A stretch of 64,000 nucleotides of DNA from the NCBI RefSeq assembly GCF_000143415.4, contig NW_003314383.1:1-64000 (forward strand), given 5' to 3'. A model generated the notes under the pieces. The model saw only the letters and a list, made by a program, of their open reading frames with translations. It had not been told where the DNA came from and ran no database searches. Of the stretch, positions 1 to 13,925 are shown piece by piece (positions within the stretch are counted from its first letter, which is position 1; each line of letters begins with the position of its first letter). Source of the stretch: Selaginella moellendorffii (lineage: Eukaryota > Plantae > Lycopodiophyta). Position numbers and translations under genes: made by a program.

Positions 1-1556
1 ATTATATCACAAAATAGAATTAATAACTTGTGTTCTCTCCTGGACCAAAATCTGGCTCTTCCTGGCCATCACCACTATACACATGGCTCAAGCAAGAATT
101 TTTCCTCCTGCATCTACTGAGGGAAAGGAAAAGCAAATCAAACTCATATCTAGCATCCAAATCCTCACCCAATATAGAAAGACAACTTTGCACTTAAAAT
201 GAAATTATTCAGAGCACCCCAAAATAGATGAAAACCAAATTTCTTCTTCAACTACCATAGTAGTGTCATAGCCTAGAAATATTGATAGTTTTAAAAGATG
301 ATTTTCTATGAGGGACTGGAAACAGGATCTACTCTCCATTAATGAATGATTGAGATCAAATCCTCAGAAGCTTACCATCACATATTTGCTATCTCTATAT
401 CCTTCACCCCACACCCCACATGCTAAATGCTCATTCTTCTTTGATTTATTGGCTAAAAAGCATTGATTGACTTTGCTCTCATCTGAGCACAGTTTGATAT
501 CACATGCTTTGATATAAAAATCAATTAGAGCCTAGTGAAAAAAGCCTTGATTACAGCTCTACTTTTTTCTTTTAGTTCTTACACAGCATTATAACTGTTA
601 AAACACATACACACAGTGTTCATGTAGAGAAGAGCACTCACAAGAGAGACTTACTGCCCACTACTACTGCCAGTGAGAAGCATTCTCCCAATTGCTAACT
701 TTGAAATGCTAATATAAATTCTAGAATTTAAATCTAATATAAAAATAAATATGGATTCAATTTCAAGAGTTATTATTATATGAATTCAAGAAGTATATAA
801 TCAGTTTTTTTACATGTAGATAGTGTTTTTATAACTTTAAATCAGGCTTAAAATCTATTTTATCCAGATTTATAAACTATTTATATCTAATTTTTAGATG
901 TAAATAATATCTGAATATATCAAGTTTCAAATTTATGTCCTTGTAATCTTACAATTTATAGGCAATTGATAGATTGAAGGTAATGTGTAATAGATATAGA
1001 GTTCATGTATGAATTAAAATGGAGAATCATGCTTTTTTAACATGCTACTCCTCAAGTCTAACCTCACTCTAATTATTGATGAGACCAAGTTCATCAATCT
1101 AACATCATAATCCATGATAATGTGTATTTTCTTTTGAAAAGAAAGAACTCTTTTTAAATTCTAATCTATAATTATATTCCCTCTTTCTGGAGAAAATAGT
1201 TTTTAATTAAAATTGTAAGGAGAAAATTGCCAACAAAGCTTTAATTCTGATCTTTCTAGATATCTTTACCATTATGAATACCTTATAGACTTACATGGCA
1301 GAAACTGTTAAGTTTAAAAGACAAACAATAATCTCAAGTGTTACTATATTTCCATAACTGCACCACCCCATATATAGAGCTTTAGAGTATTGTCCAGATA
1401 AAAAGTTTTTTCTTCCAATACCTGTAATACTTTAGCTACTCCCAAACACCAATAGTACTAATACTTTATTCTTTACTACATGTAAGAAAAGCAAACTTTT
1501 CATAAGCATATAGTTTCCATGAGAAGTGGCCAAGCAGCCATATTGGTAAGACCAGT

Positions 1557-4300
1557 TTACCTTGCAGCCTTCAATCTAAAGCACAATTGGTTATATTTCC
1601 GGTGGCAAACATGGAGTGTGTTGTCTAGTTGCATACACGAATGCCTACCACCAAAAGTGTTGCATTGCCCTTTGAGCATGGAAAACCTTCTGGAGAAGAA
1701 CACATTGTCCTCTGGGCCTGGACAACTTCCTGAAGAAGAACATGCAGCTACACAATGGCAAGCTTGACTACTGATTCCAGCACCTTGCTGATCTTGAAAT
1801 TGTCTTGATTGATTTTCCCTCACTTCTGGCACAAGACAATAAAGTTGTGAACAGTCTCTCTTCGTTTTTTTATAGATAAGCTCTCTTTGCAAAGCAATGC
1901 AAAGCATTAAGAGCTTGCTGGAAACTATGATTATTTACTTTCCAAGAAGGCATGAGATTCATGCTGATTACATCAAGTAACAATCAGGTAGGCCTTTAGT
2001 GTTCTTGCTCACGGGTTGTGATCTCCCTTATCTTGAGTTCAGAGAAGCCTGCAAGCATCACTAGATTGCAAGAACTCAGCCAGCTGTGTATGTCTTTGGA
2101 GACTGCCATTATAAGTACTTTTTCTTTAAATTTAATATAACCTGCACTGCTATGGATTTTGTGAATGACATTTTTAGGACTGATGATCATGCTGTTCTCA
2201 TGGTTTGGTCCATAGTCATAAAAGTTAGGCATGTCCTCCAAAGACCTATGATGAGAACAACCTCTACAATGTACTTGGCAAGCCTACCTTTGAGTGTCTT
2301 CTTGTCTTTGAGTTTCATCCAGTAGAGGCAGTGACTTCAAAGCAGGATTCACTCCTTGTGATAAGTCAATTTACACTAGGAGAGGCAAGTCTGAGGTGTG
2401 GACACTGCTCGGGCATCAGAAATATCTAAGGTTTGTTTCCTGGATATCAGCCACAAAGAAAAAGAGTTATCCTTCTGAATCTTTGGAGGAAAATATTTTC
2501 ACCCCATTTTCTTGAAAAGTGATGAGCTGAACAATCTTTGCACAGGGCCATCAGTTCTCCGCGGTCTTCTTTTAACCTTCACCGGAAACTCACCTTCTTT
2601 CAGTTTTTCCTCCTTTTCATTCAGATATGTAACATTTCTACTGAATGAAACCTTTGAAAGCAATAAAACTATAGCAAATCAATTGCCACGACAATAGATT
2701 GGGAATGAGGAAATAAAAACAGCAAATAGATCTTAAAAATAGAACAATGCATCTTAGATCGTTCCAAAAGATGGTGTTTCTGGCATGAAACAATGGGAAG
2801 CAGTGGTTTTACCCTAAAAACTACAAAGAGGCAGAATTCAAACGGGGCCAACGTTTTGCCAATGATCCTCGCCATCCATATCAAGCATTATAGATTTGAA
2901 TGCTCAGATTGTGAGTATCTGCCATAAGTAAAATTGAAAACTATAATGGAATATATGGCATCAATGCCAAAAATAGCAACTTTAAATAAGGAGGATACCA
3001 TCATTGAAATTGGTTAAAATCAAGATGATGATAAAAAAAAGCTCATTTTTCCATTATTATAAACTATTTAAACATCTTCTAAACTAAGTGATAGAAGTGG
3101 AAGGCTCAAGTGAATCTGTCCCTACAACATGAGAAAGATGAGCATGAAATGAGCTAGAATCATGAAAGTTCACCTTTCTCAAACAGAACCATGATGTTCT
3201 TGCATAGATAGCCAGGTTCATCTAGTTGGAAAGGATAGTATCTATATTTTGTCAAGTAATAACACTTTTATATAGTCCCATACTGCAAAAGCTTACTCAC
3301 AACATAGCAACGTCATTTGGATGTATTCTCAATAATTAGAACTCATTATAATGTTAAAGCATTGATCTTTTTAACTATGTTTTTTATGAGTAAAAAAATT
3401 AGAAATTTTTAATAAATTTTAAGCAAAAAATGTGTTTTAACATCTTGAATGATATTATACTTTATAAAAATATATGTATATTAATTTCTAGCTAAACTAT
3501 AAACTGAATGTTTATAATGTAACTATGATTTAGTTTAATCTCCTTTTCTTGATATTATGACTTCCTTGATATACTTGGGTGGTAAATTGAGTGAAAACAG
3601 TTATATAAGGTTTAAAATTTTCAGTAACAATACATTCATAAGTATATTGAAAGCCAGTTAAAACTACAACTTGAAATTACATTAGAAGAATTTGCATTTC
3701 AAGACAGAAAGTTTTCCTCAAGTGCCTCATAGTCTGAAAGGTGGACGGACACTTTTTTACAGTGCCTACACAGATTTCTAGCCAGCTTGCTAAACGCCTT
3801 GAAGGAGGTCTGGAGAACATCATCATGAAGTGCAGATTGTAAATCTCTTTTCTCACCAATGTTTGATGGAAATCTAGAAGTCTGTAGAATCTGAGAACCA
3901 CAACCAATTCTCTGTAGCGTTTCTGTAGAACTGTTCTCTTCCACAACTGCAGTCGACACTGCTTCCAAGCCATATTAAAGCTGCTCCTAGAAGTAGCATG
4001 ACATGCTTGCCAAGATCCAGGGAGCTTATTTCTATTGGAGGAGACTCAAAGGTGCCTTATTCCTCTGATAAAACATGCGTGATGAAATGATGAACACTAG
4101 CCATAGCAACACATACCATTCACATAAAGAAGCACTGAGTATATGTGTACATCTGAACCGAGACTTCCCTATCATCCCTTTCATCTGGCACATGTTCTTG
4201 AACCTCCTGCTTCAACTCAGCTAGCCTATCCAGCAGGATGTGTGGCATCATATAGCTAAGGAGCTTGTTCACAATCAAGTTCTCTCCACTCCACAGCTGT
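1557..4300 (-). pseudogene. Fragmented protein-like remnants of unknown family (pseudogene or TE-captured pieces)
   Basis: Several minus-strand stretches have protein-like composition (1557-1907 ending at a GT donor, 1996-2241, 3699-3968, ~4150-4300 LWSGENLIVNKLLSYMMPHILLDRLAELKQEV). They are broken by stops and no domain was recognised. Confidence 0.25.
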
Positions 4301-5440
4301 GAAATGAGTCCCTTCTAGTCAAGCTTTTTCAAAGTGGTGGTGCCTCCCAAGAATCTATGAACAATTGCTGTAGGGCACACTTGAAACCAGTAGAAGAAAA
4401 CTCCATCACCAAAAGAAGAATACAAAAAATTAAAAATAGGAAAAGAAAAAAAAGGAACATTTACCTTGTCAAGCATGATAGAAATGTTTGTTTATAGACA
4501 CCCTCGGCCTGTATGGGTTACGAACTTTCAAAGTCTCCTTTAATGTAATCTCAAACCTGGTTCTCGGTGTTGACTATACCAAGTTCATAAGAGAAATTGG
4601 CATCCTTTCTCCTCTTCTTGGCGCTTCTTAGGCAGTAATTGGTGTTCCAGATTCATAAACTCCAACTATAAAAATGTGAGTTGAGATCCAAGTTTAAAAC
4701 TTAGAACATACTAGTTAGGCCATATTTCCAACTGACCATTCAGTAGGCAAGATCTAATACCCCCTGTCTCATCTCTTCAAGCTTCAACTTTGTCACCAGG
4801 CTAGAAGTAATACATACTGGATGATGCTACTCCTTGATAACATCTTGTGAATCTCCACTCCAAGATTAAGATAGCTCCCATGACAATACTAGCTTCCACA
4901 TAAACAAAATGAATTACTGTACTCCTCTTTTCTCTGTAAGACAATGAGTCATTCTTGCACGGTCATAAAGAGGAAGAGAAATTATCTAAATTTGTTAGCA
5001 TTTAGCTATCAGTCATACACAGGATAAATGCTAAATTAGTATACTTTATCTGAAGACTGATATTTTGACAGCTAAGTTATATATATTGTAATTGAGTTAT
5101 TTATTTCACAGATATATATTTCTCTTATCTCTTCTTGATTCATCATATTATATATTTATAGTTAGATAGTTACTAAGGTTCTTAATTTTAGACATATCAA
5201 TTTTCAAATATATATTCAGATAGGATAAATGAAACCTTTATGAAAAGACTAATATTAGTATTGATAGTGTTATAAATTTGTATATACTTTTTGTTATGCT
5301 TTTAACCACTATCCCCACTGTATATTTGGAATCCCCCACCCCTTCCCCCCTAATAATGCATGCTTTGGGATTTCACCTAATCCCAGGAGTTAATCGTTGG
5401 GACAAGTTTGAAAATTTATTGAATATGGAATAGCACTAGC

Positions 5441-5885
5441 TCAAAAATTAGGGTGTAGAAACAACACTAGGGATTTAGAACATACTCTATATTCCATACA
5501 TATGCCCTCGAGTAGATCTAGACATTTACCATAAATAGTAACATCTGGAGTTTCTCTAACAGCCAAGAACTTCTTTACATTGGCTACCCAAGCTAGACAC
5601 TCATCCACACCACCATCACCAAAAAAAGTTGGAGTTTTGAGTTGATCTACTAAGGAAGTCTTACTTGGAAAACCACCATATTCAACCTCAAGTGCCTTAA
5701 CATGCCCATGCATGGTATTCATCATGCCGTGCATCTCATCTTGCATTTCTTACTGATTTTGATTAAGGGCTCATAGCTCATGAATAACATTTTGAATATT
5801 CCAAACCTCCGCAGCTCTATCAGCACCACTATTGACACCACCATCAAAGGATTTCAGTGTTCATCTTGGTTGGCTATACCAACTT
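5441..5885 (-). mobile_element. Degenerate LTR-retrotransposon gag fragment with PBS remnant
   Basis: ORF 5441-5746 contains the gag-like KTPTFFGDGGVDECLAWVANVKKFL. The minus strand near 5870-5890 reads ...TACA-AGT-TGGTATAGCC (LTR end plus decayed PBS). Confidence 0.5.
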
Positions 5886-6699
5886 GTACTAATGTCAAGA
5901 TCTCGTATTAAAAGATAAAATCTAGTTTCCCTAGACTATGCTATGCCTCCTTTTGAGGTTCCTCACCACTCAACCACCCCCAAGCTACCTCAAAAGCTCC
6001 ACTATGCTGCAACTCCACTGTGAGCCCTAGTATAGGTTAAGTTCCTTACCCTAACATACCTTAATATACCCTTAAGCTTCCCTTTGACCCATGTTGACCA
6101 CATGGTCAAAGCTGGCACCTAACAAACACTTGGTGTATATAGATGCAGAACAAGTATAAAGGGAGCTGTGTCTTAGGAGGAAGTCAAGAAAGAGTTCTTA
6201 CTTGTGGTATGATGAAAAGACAACTGCTAATTCTATTTGCACACTTCAGCAAGAGGGAAGCCTGGAAAAGTATATCTGAGTCAAGTACATTATCATTAGA
6301 CTTGCCCATGAGATTGCTCATGGACATGTGAATGCCTTTGTCTTTTGAGGATTGTCTCGACTGTCTTTGGAACTCATGGCCTAAAAGCTGAGGAAGGATG
6401 GAAATCCTACTTTAAAGTCAGAAGGCAGTGACAGATGTCATGGCAACTGGTATAAGCCCTAGTCCCACAAGGATACAAGTTCTATGACAGAATGAGATAT
6501 GGGATTGGAAAAAGGAGAAACCTTATATGAACAAAATAGGGTGGTGGCAACAAATCATTATCTAAGAGATGCTTTGGCTGTAGTCATACAAGTCACAAAG
6601 TGTGTGATTGTCCTCTGGTGCAAAGCTGCAAGTCAAATACCAACTCCAAAGGTGTCAATTCCATAGAGATGTTGAACACCAAGGTTCCAGTAAAGAAGT

Positions 6700-7125
6700 T
6701 GTCCACTATTGTAAAGGTTCATGCTGTATGCACGTGGTGGTATTATCTATATAATGGATTTCCTTTCTAGGTGTTAAGTGATCATAAGCACTTTGTGTTA
6801 CTTTATGCAGCAATGAGTTGAATGCTCAGTAGATGGTTGTGTTGCAAGATTTTCAGGAGAAACTTCAAATTCTTTACAAAGAGGGGAACAAAAAAGTGGT
6901 GGCTGATGCATTGTCTTGATTATGATGTTTGAATGCAACATTCATGGTGGAAACTCCTTATTTATGTTGATAAGGTTGGCACAAGAGAGTGATGTTGAGA
7001 TTCAAGTGTTGAAAGGGACTTTGAAAGAGCCATTCAAGGTGGAAGATGGATGGTTGTTTTACAAAGAAAGCCTTTGTGTCCCTTGGCAGAAAGAGTTGAT
7101 CACAGCAGTAATGTGGGAGTGGAAA
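6700..7125 (+). mobile_element. Ty3/gypsy pol fragment (RNase H C-terminus to integrase lead-in), frameshifted
   Basis: Translates to ...QDFQEKLQILYKEGNKKVVADALS* and FKVEDGWLFYKESLCVP, typical Ty3/gypsy RNase H end and pre-integrase motifs. Confidence 0.8.
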
Positions 7126-8040
7126 TGACTAAATTTTTCATTTTACTTTAGTCACTTAACCACACTTTTAACCATTTAGAGGAATCTCACTCATAGCCTT
7201 TAAAGGTTCACATCCCTACTCATGATATTTATTACCCTAAAGATAGCACTTCTATTTTAGCACTCCATCCTAACAGACCTGAGTGCCCCATGTTTCCAAG
7301 TCTCACCTTGAACACTAAGGTACCATCAACATCTTCATGCTTGTTCTTACAATCTCAATAGTAGTTCAAGACCAACCCATCCCTCTAAAACAAGACTATC
7401 CACTCCATGAGTGGCTAGACTTTCTTACCATTCTCTTGATGTTTCAAGATACAAAGGAACACTGTCCTCCAACATCCTTTCCTTGATCCCCACTAAGTCT
7501 CTCTTCCAACATAATAATGCTTGTTAACACCACCACTAAATCAGGGTCTAGAGACCCCTCCATTAACTCCTATTGACTGGTGGGAACTTTTACATATAAT
7601 CATACCTTTGCTTACTAAGTAAGAAGACCATTCTTCTTCTTTCTGACACATAGAACTTTGGGACAATATTTCAAAACACTATAGCCCAATGGAAGCCTTG
7701 TGCACCACCTTCAACCACCAAGGTGCCTTAGCCATGTGGCAAGAGTGAGGTTTTAATGAGCCACACAAGATATCCAAACCTACACTTGGATTGGGAGCAC
7801 CAACAATTTAATCTTTTGAAGGAGCTACAACTGGCTCTTGAACACTTTATTTAGTTATCCCACTTGTTCATTCATATTTACTCTAGCTTTGGACTCCTCA
7901 GTGTTATATCATCACCCACCACATAAATATAACCTTCTTTTGCCACATTGGTTTCCTTAGAGTCCTTCTACTATCCCATAGGGATTTACCACACCTCCTA
8001 GACTTTTGGAGATGATCTCTTTAGGATTTCACCTCCAGAT
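7120..8040 (-). mobile_element. Old degenerate LTR, family D (same family as the 29252-31119 LTR)
   Basis: Colinear similarity to the 29252 LTR (actaaatttttcattttactttagtcacttaaccacac ... ggatttcacc). Confidence 0.75.
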
Positions 8041-8208
8041 ATATCAGGCCTCAAATATATTAGGCCCTCAGATATATCAGGCCTTAGGTCTGTTTAGCTC
8101 TAGATAAATTTGACACTTCAACCCCTTGAGTTATTAGTGGAATGAGATGGTTATGGTATTGTTCTACTTCAATAGTTGGGTTTTGGGACTTTGACACTTC
8201 AATGTATC

Positions 8209-9348
8209 TGTAGCGCACGTGGTTTTTACCCTTTATCCTATGGTGATTTACCATAGGATAACACCACGAAGCGGAACCTAAACCCTCTTTGTGCCACGTG
8301 ACAGATGCCACGTGTCCAAAGGACCGTGGTGTGGAACCCGAGGTTCAGGGCCTTGGGCCACTGAATGAAGGAACAGTGCCAAACTCCCAAGCATGGAGCC
8401 AAGGAGTGACGGAACCGAACCACGAAGCAACTCCCGAGCGTACAGCCCAAGGAGCGAAGGGACAGGAGCCCGAAGCGACTTGGAACAGTCCTAGAGCAAC
8501 CAGCATCCCAATGCCAGGACCAACATGCAAAACGGAGCCAAATGAAGTCTGGCGCTATTTCGGCATACCGGTGGCCTAACGTGAGGATATGGGTACTCCC
8601 CCAGCTAGCATGGAATGGAACTTGGGCTTAGACCCAAGCCGGACACAGAACAAGGACAGGCACACAAGCGGGAGCTAGACTATGCCTCAGGTTGGTGGGC
8701 CATGCCCGACCTACCCACTATCCTTACTATACATTTGGAACCCCCCACAGCCCCCCCCCCCCCTTCCCCTTGAGGAACACATGCTTTGGGCTTTCACCCC
8801 AAGCCTCCCTTAGTATCAGGAGTTAGTCTCTGGGACAAACTCGAAACTTACTAAATATGGAATGTCCTTAGATTGCGAATTTGGACACGGGACGAACACC
8901 GTTGTGTTCAGGCCGATCTTTACATTCCGTAGATGTGCCAAATGAGCAAATCTGGACACTTTCCATAAATAGCATTTGGGACCGAAATGAGACTAACACA
9001 AAGGGCATGATAGCGAGGGTGTTTGGCAGACACGGTAAGCTATCATGTAGCGATATTGAGGAACCAATCTCAATACGTGAGGGTTCTTGTCAAGCCAGTG
9101 CAAGACAGAGCAAAAGAGAACTAAAAAGCCAGGCCAAGTATGCTTGGCTGAATAGACACTTAGGAATTCCGTCCTTATGCTCATCCGGCCAAGTACAGAT
9201 GCAAAGTCCAGTTTACTAACACTTGAACAAGAGGGGCTGATAAAGGGTCCAGCAATACCGACCTTCTGCCATCGTGGCAGTAAGGTAAGAGTGTCCGTAA
9301 GGACTGGTCGACAAGTAACTTTCGATACCCAAAGTCACATGCGCGACA
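8209..9348 (-). mobile_element. Solo LTR, family F
   Basis: TG...CA ends and a perfect 5-bp TSD GTATC (8204-8208 / 9349-9353). Highly similar to the LTR at 58820-60000, whose adjacent PPT gives the orientation. Confidence 0.9.
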
Positions 9349-9360
9349 GTATCACATCAA

Positions 9361-10315
9361 TACAAGGAACCAACTCCCTAAGGTATTGACGGCTAAAGGA
9401 TCGCCGAAAGCACAACCAAAATGATAAAGAGTTCATCAAGTCTGAGATAGAGTCCAAGATCGAGTCCGAGACCAAGTCTGAGACTGAGTCCGAGACTAAG
9501 TCTGAGATCAAGATTGAGACTGAGTCTGAATACTAATACAAGTTGTGGGGTGAAAGCCCAAAGCATGTGTCTCCCAGTCTGCAGGGGGTTCCAAAAGTAT
9601 AGTAGGGATAGTGAGGTCTGGGAACCAGTCTTGAAGGAACTCTTTAGTGGTGCTTCCGAACTGACTTGAGGTTGAGATTGGGGCTGAGGGTCCTTGGGTG
9701 GGAGTGAGCATGGACTTGAGTGGTGCCGGAGGGGCCACCCAAGGAAGTGCTCAAGAGCAACTCCCACTTTCGGAAGGGAAACCGACTGCAGTGCTCTTGA
9801 TTCATATGGAGTGGTGCCCCACTTGAGTACCTTGTGGCTTATTGGTTCTCGCCCTTCCTAGGGGCTTAGGCCTTCCCTTCAAGATGGAAGTGGGGGAGTA
9901 GGGGTACCCATACTGGGCCGTTAGGCCATGGTGTTTCCCCCTGGTGTCTTGACGTAAGTGTTGCACCTAAGGCTTGGGATTTAAAGGGGTTCTATGATCA
10001 AGTTTTATTATACCAATGAATGTTAGGAATCTGGAGGCTTAGTGTGCTTAGTTGCTTGTGCCTGTGAGGAGTGTAGCTGAACCTTAAATCCAGTCTAACT
10101 TGGGGAGAGGGATTAGGAGAGAATTTGGGAACCCATGGATGGATGGCTAACACTCTATTATTTGTGTAGTGAATTGCTGAGACCAAATAGGATTAAGTAG
10201 AAATTGGTACAATAGGCAGGAACCTTGGTGAGGAAACTTAACTAAAGCCAAGGCCATGGTGGTCGGATAAACAAGGTAAACCAGCAAATTGGAATGGAAA
10301 ACTTTGTAGCTTACA
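9361..10315. mobile_element. Solo LTR, family E
   Basis: Homologous end to end with the interrupted LTR 20563-38454. Ends in CTTACA with a near-TSD ATCAA/ATCAC and carries a decayed GAGTCC/GAGACC hexamer array. Confidence 0.75.
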
Positions 10316-10978
10316 ATCACTCGCCATGCTTTTTTTAGTTGAGAAGTTGATGGAGAATGAAGCCAAAGTTGTGTTGTTGACATGTGAACATTCCCAAATC
10401 TCCTTCATGAGCTCCTAGAGGTTCTCCATGAGCTTGCTCTATTGTTGGTTGTGCTCCTTAAACTCTAATGGCGTTGATTTGACTACTGTAAGCATCTTCT
10501 TGGTGATTGGACAGGGTGCTATTATGCAATAGAGGATTAGGGATGAGGTGAAAGAGAGTCTTGAATGAGCTCATCAATGAATGAGATACTAACCTCATAA
10601 AATATCTTTGACTCAAGCTCTATGGTAGCACAAGTGGTGTCTCTTGGCCACTTTCCTCTAGAGTCCGAGTTTGAGGCCTTACATAAAGGCTAATGTAAAG
10701 AACCAACTCCTCAAGATGTTGTAGGTTAAAAGATCCCCCAAAATCACAATTGGAATGATAAAGAGTTTGTTGAATGATACCAAGTTTTAGACTACATTTA
10801 AAACCAAGTCTGAGACTAAGTTTGAGATCTAAAATTTTGAAGGATCATGACCAAGGCCTTGAAATCCTACTTATTTGGCTCCAAAGTAAGAACCTCCTTG
10901 AATAAGGAATAACTTGAGGTGTTGTTAGCTAAAAGATTCCAAAATCAAGATTAAAACAATAAAGAGTTTGGGGACAAA

Positions 10979-11130
10979 TGTAAGCTCTTATATTTGAACT
11001 TCCTAGGAGGCCACCCAACTCAGTACTACTCAAACTCAAGTACACTTAATGACAACTGTTTCAATACCCTTAAACAATTAGAAAAGCATATGCACTTTTG
11101 TTCATAAGCCCTTTTCCTTTATATTTGATC
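10979..11130 (-). mobile_element. Decayed Cassandra-type LTR remnant with 5S-like core
   Basis: Starts TGTAAGCTC. The reverse complement contains gagtagtactgagttgggtggcctcctaggaagttc, matching the 5S C-box region of the 37121 element. Confidence 0.7.
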
Positions 11131-11169
11131 ATCTCTTAAATCATTCTTTTTTGGTTGCTTACACATAGT

Positions 11170-11570
11170 AGTTTTGAGTGGGTTTTCAAAGATGATCCAT
11201 TATGTTAAGCTTGTGTTAGTACCTTGGTTCATTAAAATTTTACTTATTGAGGTTTAAAAAAGGTTGTAGCATTCATGTGCTATAATATGATGATGAATAT
11301 GTTAGCACTTCAAGTAAGTTGTTGGATGGAAAAGATGTGGAATTGAGGGATTCACATTGCTAGAAATTGTGTTTGTAAAAGTGGCATTGCTATGTTAGGT
11401 GATAAAGAGTGTTTCTTGGGGCTTGATTTTTCATGTCAAATTTTACTATTTTGGCTTTACATTGGATCTTGAAGGTAAATAAAGAAGAGTGTTAGTGTGA
11501 TATGGATAACTAAAGATATGGTTTTCATGATTGAGTCTTGGGTATTCATTTATATTTACAATGTTGGATA
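11170..11570 (+). mobile_element. Fragment of family G fossil Ty3/gypsy RT
   Basis: Similar to 50340-50470 and to the reverse complement of ~63190-63600 (tttacattggatcttgaaggt = FTLDLEG). Confidence 0.6.
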
Positions 11571-13539
11571 TTAGAATTCTATAGATTAAATATGATACCT
11601 TGAGAGGTATATGTCACATGGCTTGGTATTTCTATTTACTTTATAATCTTTGATTTGAACATCCAAGTGAATTTGGTGGATTGCCTTAAAGTTATAAGCA
11701 CCTAGATAACATTGACTAAAGATTTTGTGTTATTCTTCTCATGTAAGGTTCCCTTACTTTACTTTTAACTAGCCCTATTTCAAAATAAATGTTCTTGGTG
11801 ACAATTTTCCAGCTTGGCTTTATATGTTGGAATTAAGCATGATAATTGATAAGCTACCTTAGAAAGGTATTCTTTTTTACTAATGTGAACCTATAATAGA
11901 GGGTAAACATATCTCACAAGTGTTTTTTCTAAAAAGATGATATTCTGTATTAATTGGAAGAAAGAATCATCTGGCATAAGAGGGCATTTCTTTTAGATTT
12001 GCAACTATGAAAAGAAAAAGGGTGTAATTGATGGGACAAGTGTTGCTTCTTTGAGATTAAAACAAGCATTTATTAACAAATAATGACTTCTTAATAGACT
12101 TTGTGCCCATCACATTCTATCCTTCAACAATAGGTGTTTCATATAAGTTCAAGTACTAGCTTAGCATAGTTGCTAGTGCTTTTTGAAGTCAAAAGAATCC
12201 CTCCTTTTCAGAATAGCATCTAGGAAAAAAAGAGTGCCACATGAAAGCTCTAGCAATAAAACTCACAATTTCATATACAATTTACAAACATGGTATAAAA
12301 TTGTTTTTTTATACAAAACTTAGTCAACACAGTTTCCCGTGATAAATTATTTCAATGGCTACGAGAAATTAACACATCACTAGCTGTCATTGAACAAATG
12401 TATGTCATTATTCTTACACGATCAAGGACTTAAACAGATTGAATATTGACATTAAATAAAGATGTCTATTGTGTTTAGTTTATACATTAATGCCCTTGAG
12501 AGTTTAATGTCCTTTCAGCGATTTATATAGCTGACCATTTCACTCTATCATATAAGAATTCAAAGTAGTAAGAAATTCTCTAGATTTCACCTTACCTCTT
12601 CACGAGTTTCTCTTGGAATTGCATCACATTCATTTGGCTAAATTCATCTTGTCTGCCACAATTCTACAAGACAGAGTACTTGATATTTTATGATTAATAA
12701 TTTTTGAAAAAAATTAAAGCTGAATATTTTTAAGTTTAATATAAAATAAAAAGATATGTTTATTTGTATAGCCATTACTATAGAGAATGAAGATTGACTC
12801 TAACACAATGTAACTGTAAATATATGTTGAGTAATAGAAGATAAACTCAAACTCATATCAACTAGATAATAGAGGACCTCTTGTTATAAAAATAAGTTTG
12901 GAAAGTGAACACTGGATGAACTGATGCGAAGTGAATTGTACTCCTGCAAAAAGGATGGAGGGGTCATTGACTTATTGATGCAAGGACTTTCCATTACTTG
13001 CGTGACTTTTTGTTTCCTAAAAGAATTTCTATGTTAAAACCCTCCCTTGCAACAACATCAACATGATATGGTTGATGCCAAGACCACCCAAAAAGTGGAG
13101 GGTGCTAATTCAGAAAAGATTGACAACTTTGATATCATCATCGGCCAATCTTATCACATGCTCAACAGTAAACATTACTACCACGACCTCACCCTTGTCC
13201 TTGAAAATAGATAGCAGCAATGTCAATTTCCATTGAAACAAGAGCATCTCCCATAGGAAGTAGAGTTGAAGCATGTATTACTACAATTGGGAGAGGTGAT
13301 GTCTCATAGTGTTGTGTTAGGCAAAGAGCATCGTCAAGGGTAATTAGAACAAGTCCATAAATCTCAAAATATCTTGACAAAGCACTGGGCATAACATTCT
13401 CAACTTGATCCATTTTGACATATTAGCTCTACATAAAGCAAGAAGCGCTCTAAAAGCAAACACTAAATTGCATAATTGACTCAAAAGGTCATTGACAAAG
13501 CTAATGCAATTGCTAGAACACATTGTCACAATTGTCGGT

Positions 13540-13925
13540 ATATCTATCGCAAATATGATTTTGGGTATCAAAAGATATCTGTCAACCAGTTCTTACGAAC
13601 ACTCTCTTTTTACTATTCTGACAGCAAGAGATCGGTACTACTAGTTCCCCTCAATAGCCCCTCTTGTCCAAGTGTTAATAAATTGGGCTTAACATCTGTA
13701 TTTAGCCAAATGAACATAAGATATGAACTTCTATGTATTTCTTGCTGAGCATACTCAGTTTAGCTTTTAATTCTTCTTTACTTTATCTTGCACTAGCTTG
13801 ACAAGAACCATTATGTATTGAGTATAGCCCCTCAATATTACTATATGATAGCTTACCATATAGGCTAGATACTCTCACTATTATGTCCTATGTGTTAGTT
13901 CCATTCTAGTCCTATAAGGGAAAAT
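13540..13925 (+). mobile_element. Degenerate family F LTR fragment, opposite orientation to the 8209 copy
   Basis: Reverse-complement similarity to ~8950-9345. Confidence 0.65.
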
